Positions 62,801 through 64,000 of a DNA stretch of 64,000 bases are shown here, piece by piece (position 1 is the stretch's first letter; every line of letters starts with the position of its first letter). The DNA is from Felis catus (Eukaryota), in the NCBI RefSeq assembly GCF_018350175.1, contig NC_058368.1:178190001-178254000 (forward strand). The letters are read 5' to 3'. Below the pieces are notes generated by a model. It was given only the letters and a program-made list of their open reading frames with translations, ran no database searches and had not been told where the DNA came from. The translations under genes and the position numbers were made by a program.

Positions 62801-64000
62801 CTGCCTCTTCTCCCCTAGAGTTACTGCGTGACTCCATGTCCTCTGCCCTTAATAATCCAGACGGTCAAAATGTGTATTGTTTTGGTCCATTTCTTAGCTG
62901 GAGAAGGCTATTGGACGTTACCCTCGCACATCCACTGCCAAATGCAGGGAGTGCAGCCAGTTCATCGGAGCGCGGATGTCTGCCTGCCCAGAGGCAGGGA
63001 GAAGATGGCAAGGTGTCATCTGTGGGACTCAGCTCAGAAGCCTCTTAACTGTGCACTTAATAAATGAAGCCTTGGCAGACATACCTTGAATTATTAATGG
63101 CGTTATTCAGCTTTGATTGTTTCCTTCTTTTGGGGAAAGGTTATTCACTCAAATGCCTTTGATTAGACTATACAATACATCACAATTGGGCATATTTTAT
63201 GTGCGACTTTATGGTGATAATAGTTCTGTCTCATTTAGAAGCAAATCAGACATTATGAACTTCGTGATTTATTAATGTATTGATTTCTATAAATGTCAGC
63301 GCATCTCACATCCCGTCAGAGAGCCCGAGAGCAATCAGTGGAGAGCCAATAAAAATGTAAAATGAAACCATCATAAAAAAAAAAGGAAATACGGCCTGTT
63401 TCAAAGCCCTGCTGCCTCTCTGAATTGTTTCAGGATCCAGATCATTACCATGAAGGCATCTCCCCCACCCCTGAGGAAACAGCCTACATGAAGCTGTCAG
63501 GGGAAGCTCTGGCCTGTTTGTCTGTTCTGTATTGTGTCAAATAAGAAAACAAAAGGCAAAGAGTCGGACCTAGAGGGGCCTCTGGACCCAGTGCCCAGGC
63601 TCTTCATCCTGGAGGATGCAGGAGGATAATGGGGTCCCTTTCCATCAGCTTTGCCCCATTACAACCTACCAGCTTCCTCCTGAGGGATCTTCAGGGTAAA
63701 GTCTAGATTCCCCAGCACAATTCTGCACAACCACCTTGCATGGGTCTTCAGCAACAGGCGCAGTCCCCTGTCTCTGCCAGAGTGTGTCATCAGCTGATCT
63801 CGATCTCAGCCACCCTTTAAACCTGCCTCGAGAGCCATCTCCTCTGGGCAGCTCTCGCAGACCACCGCAGGGAAAGCTCTCTCTGTCCAAACTCCTGAAG
63901 CGCCTGCTGTCTCTAACCGTCCCCCAGCAGGTATCAGAATCTACCTTTGGGTGTCGCAGAGGTCAGTTACGGGAGTGAGGTGGGGTAGGATAGGGTAGGG

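Overview
Mammalian genomic DNA, felid by its SINEC_Fc-type SINEs, with two main parts. (1) ~35.6-54.7 kb: the 3' part of KCNIP1 (KChIP1) on the minus strand, with seven constitutive coding exons, the alternative 33-nt 'DIAWWYYQYQR' exon, the 3' UTR and a polyA signal. The first exon lies outside the window. (2) 10.9-29.1 kb: nested endogenous retroviruses, all on the minus strand. An outer class III-like provirus (tRNA-Ser PBS, 5-bp TSD CTATC, post-integrase dUTPase, env remnant) landed in a MIR. A full-length class I (gamma-like, tRNA-Pro PBS) provirus then inserted into its 5' LTR, and a solo LTR, an L1 and several SINEs inserted into both. The inner provirus has wrecked gag/pro/pol and clearly diverged LTRs, yet keeps an uninterrupted 679-aa envelope ORF (18471-20510). 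This ORF has a signal peptide, a TM anchor, a C-terminal KKxx motif and a non-gamma-type architecture (short SU, ~420-aa TM subunit, no CX6CC/ISD). It is the best candidate here for a domesticated, possibly undescribed felid/carnivore env gene. Most other ORFs in the track are repeat-derived or spurious.
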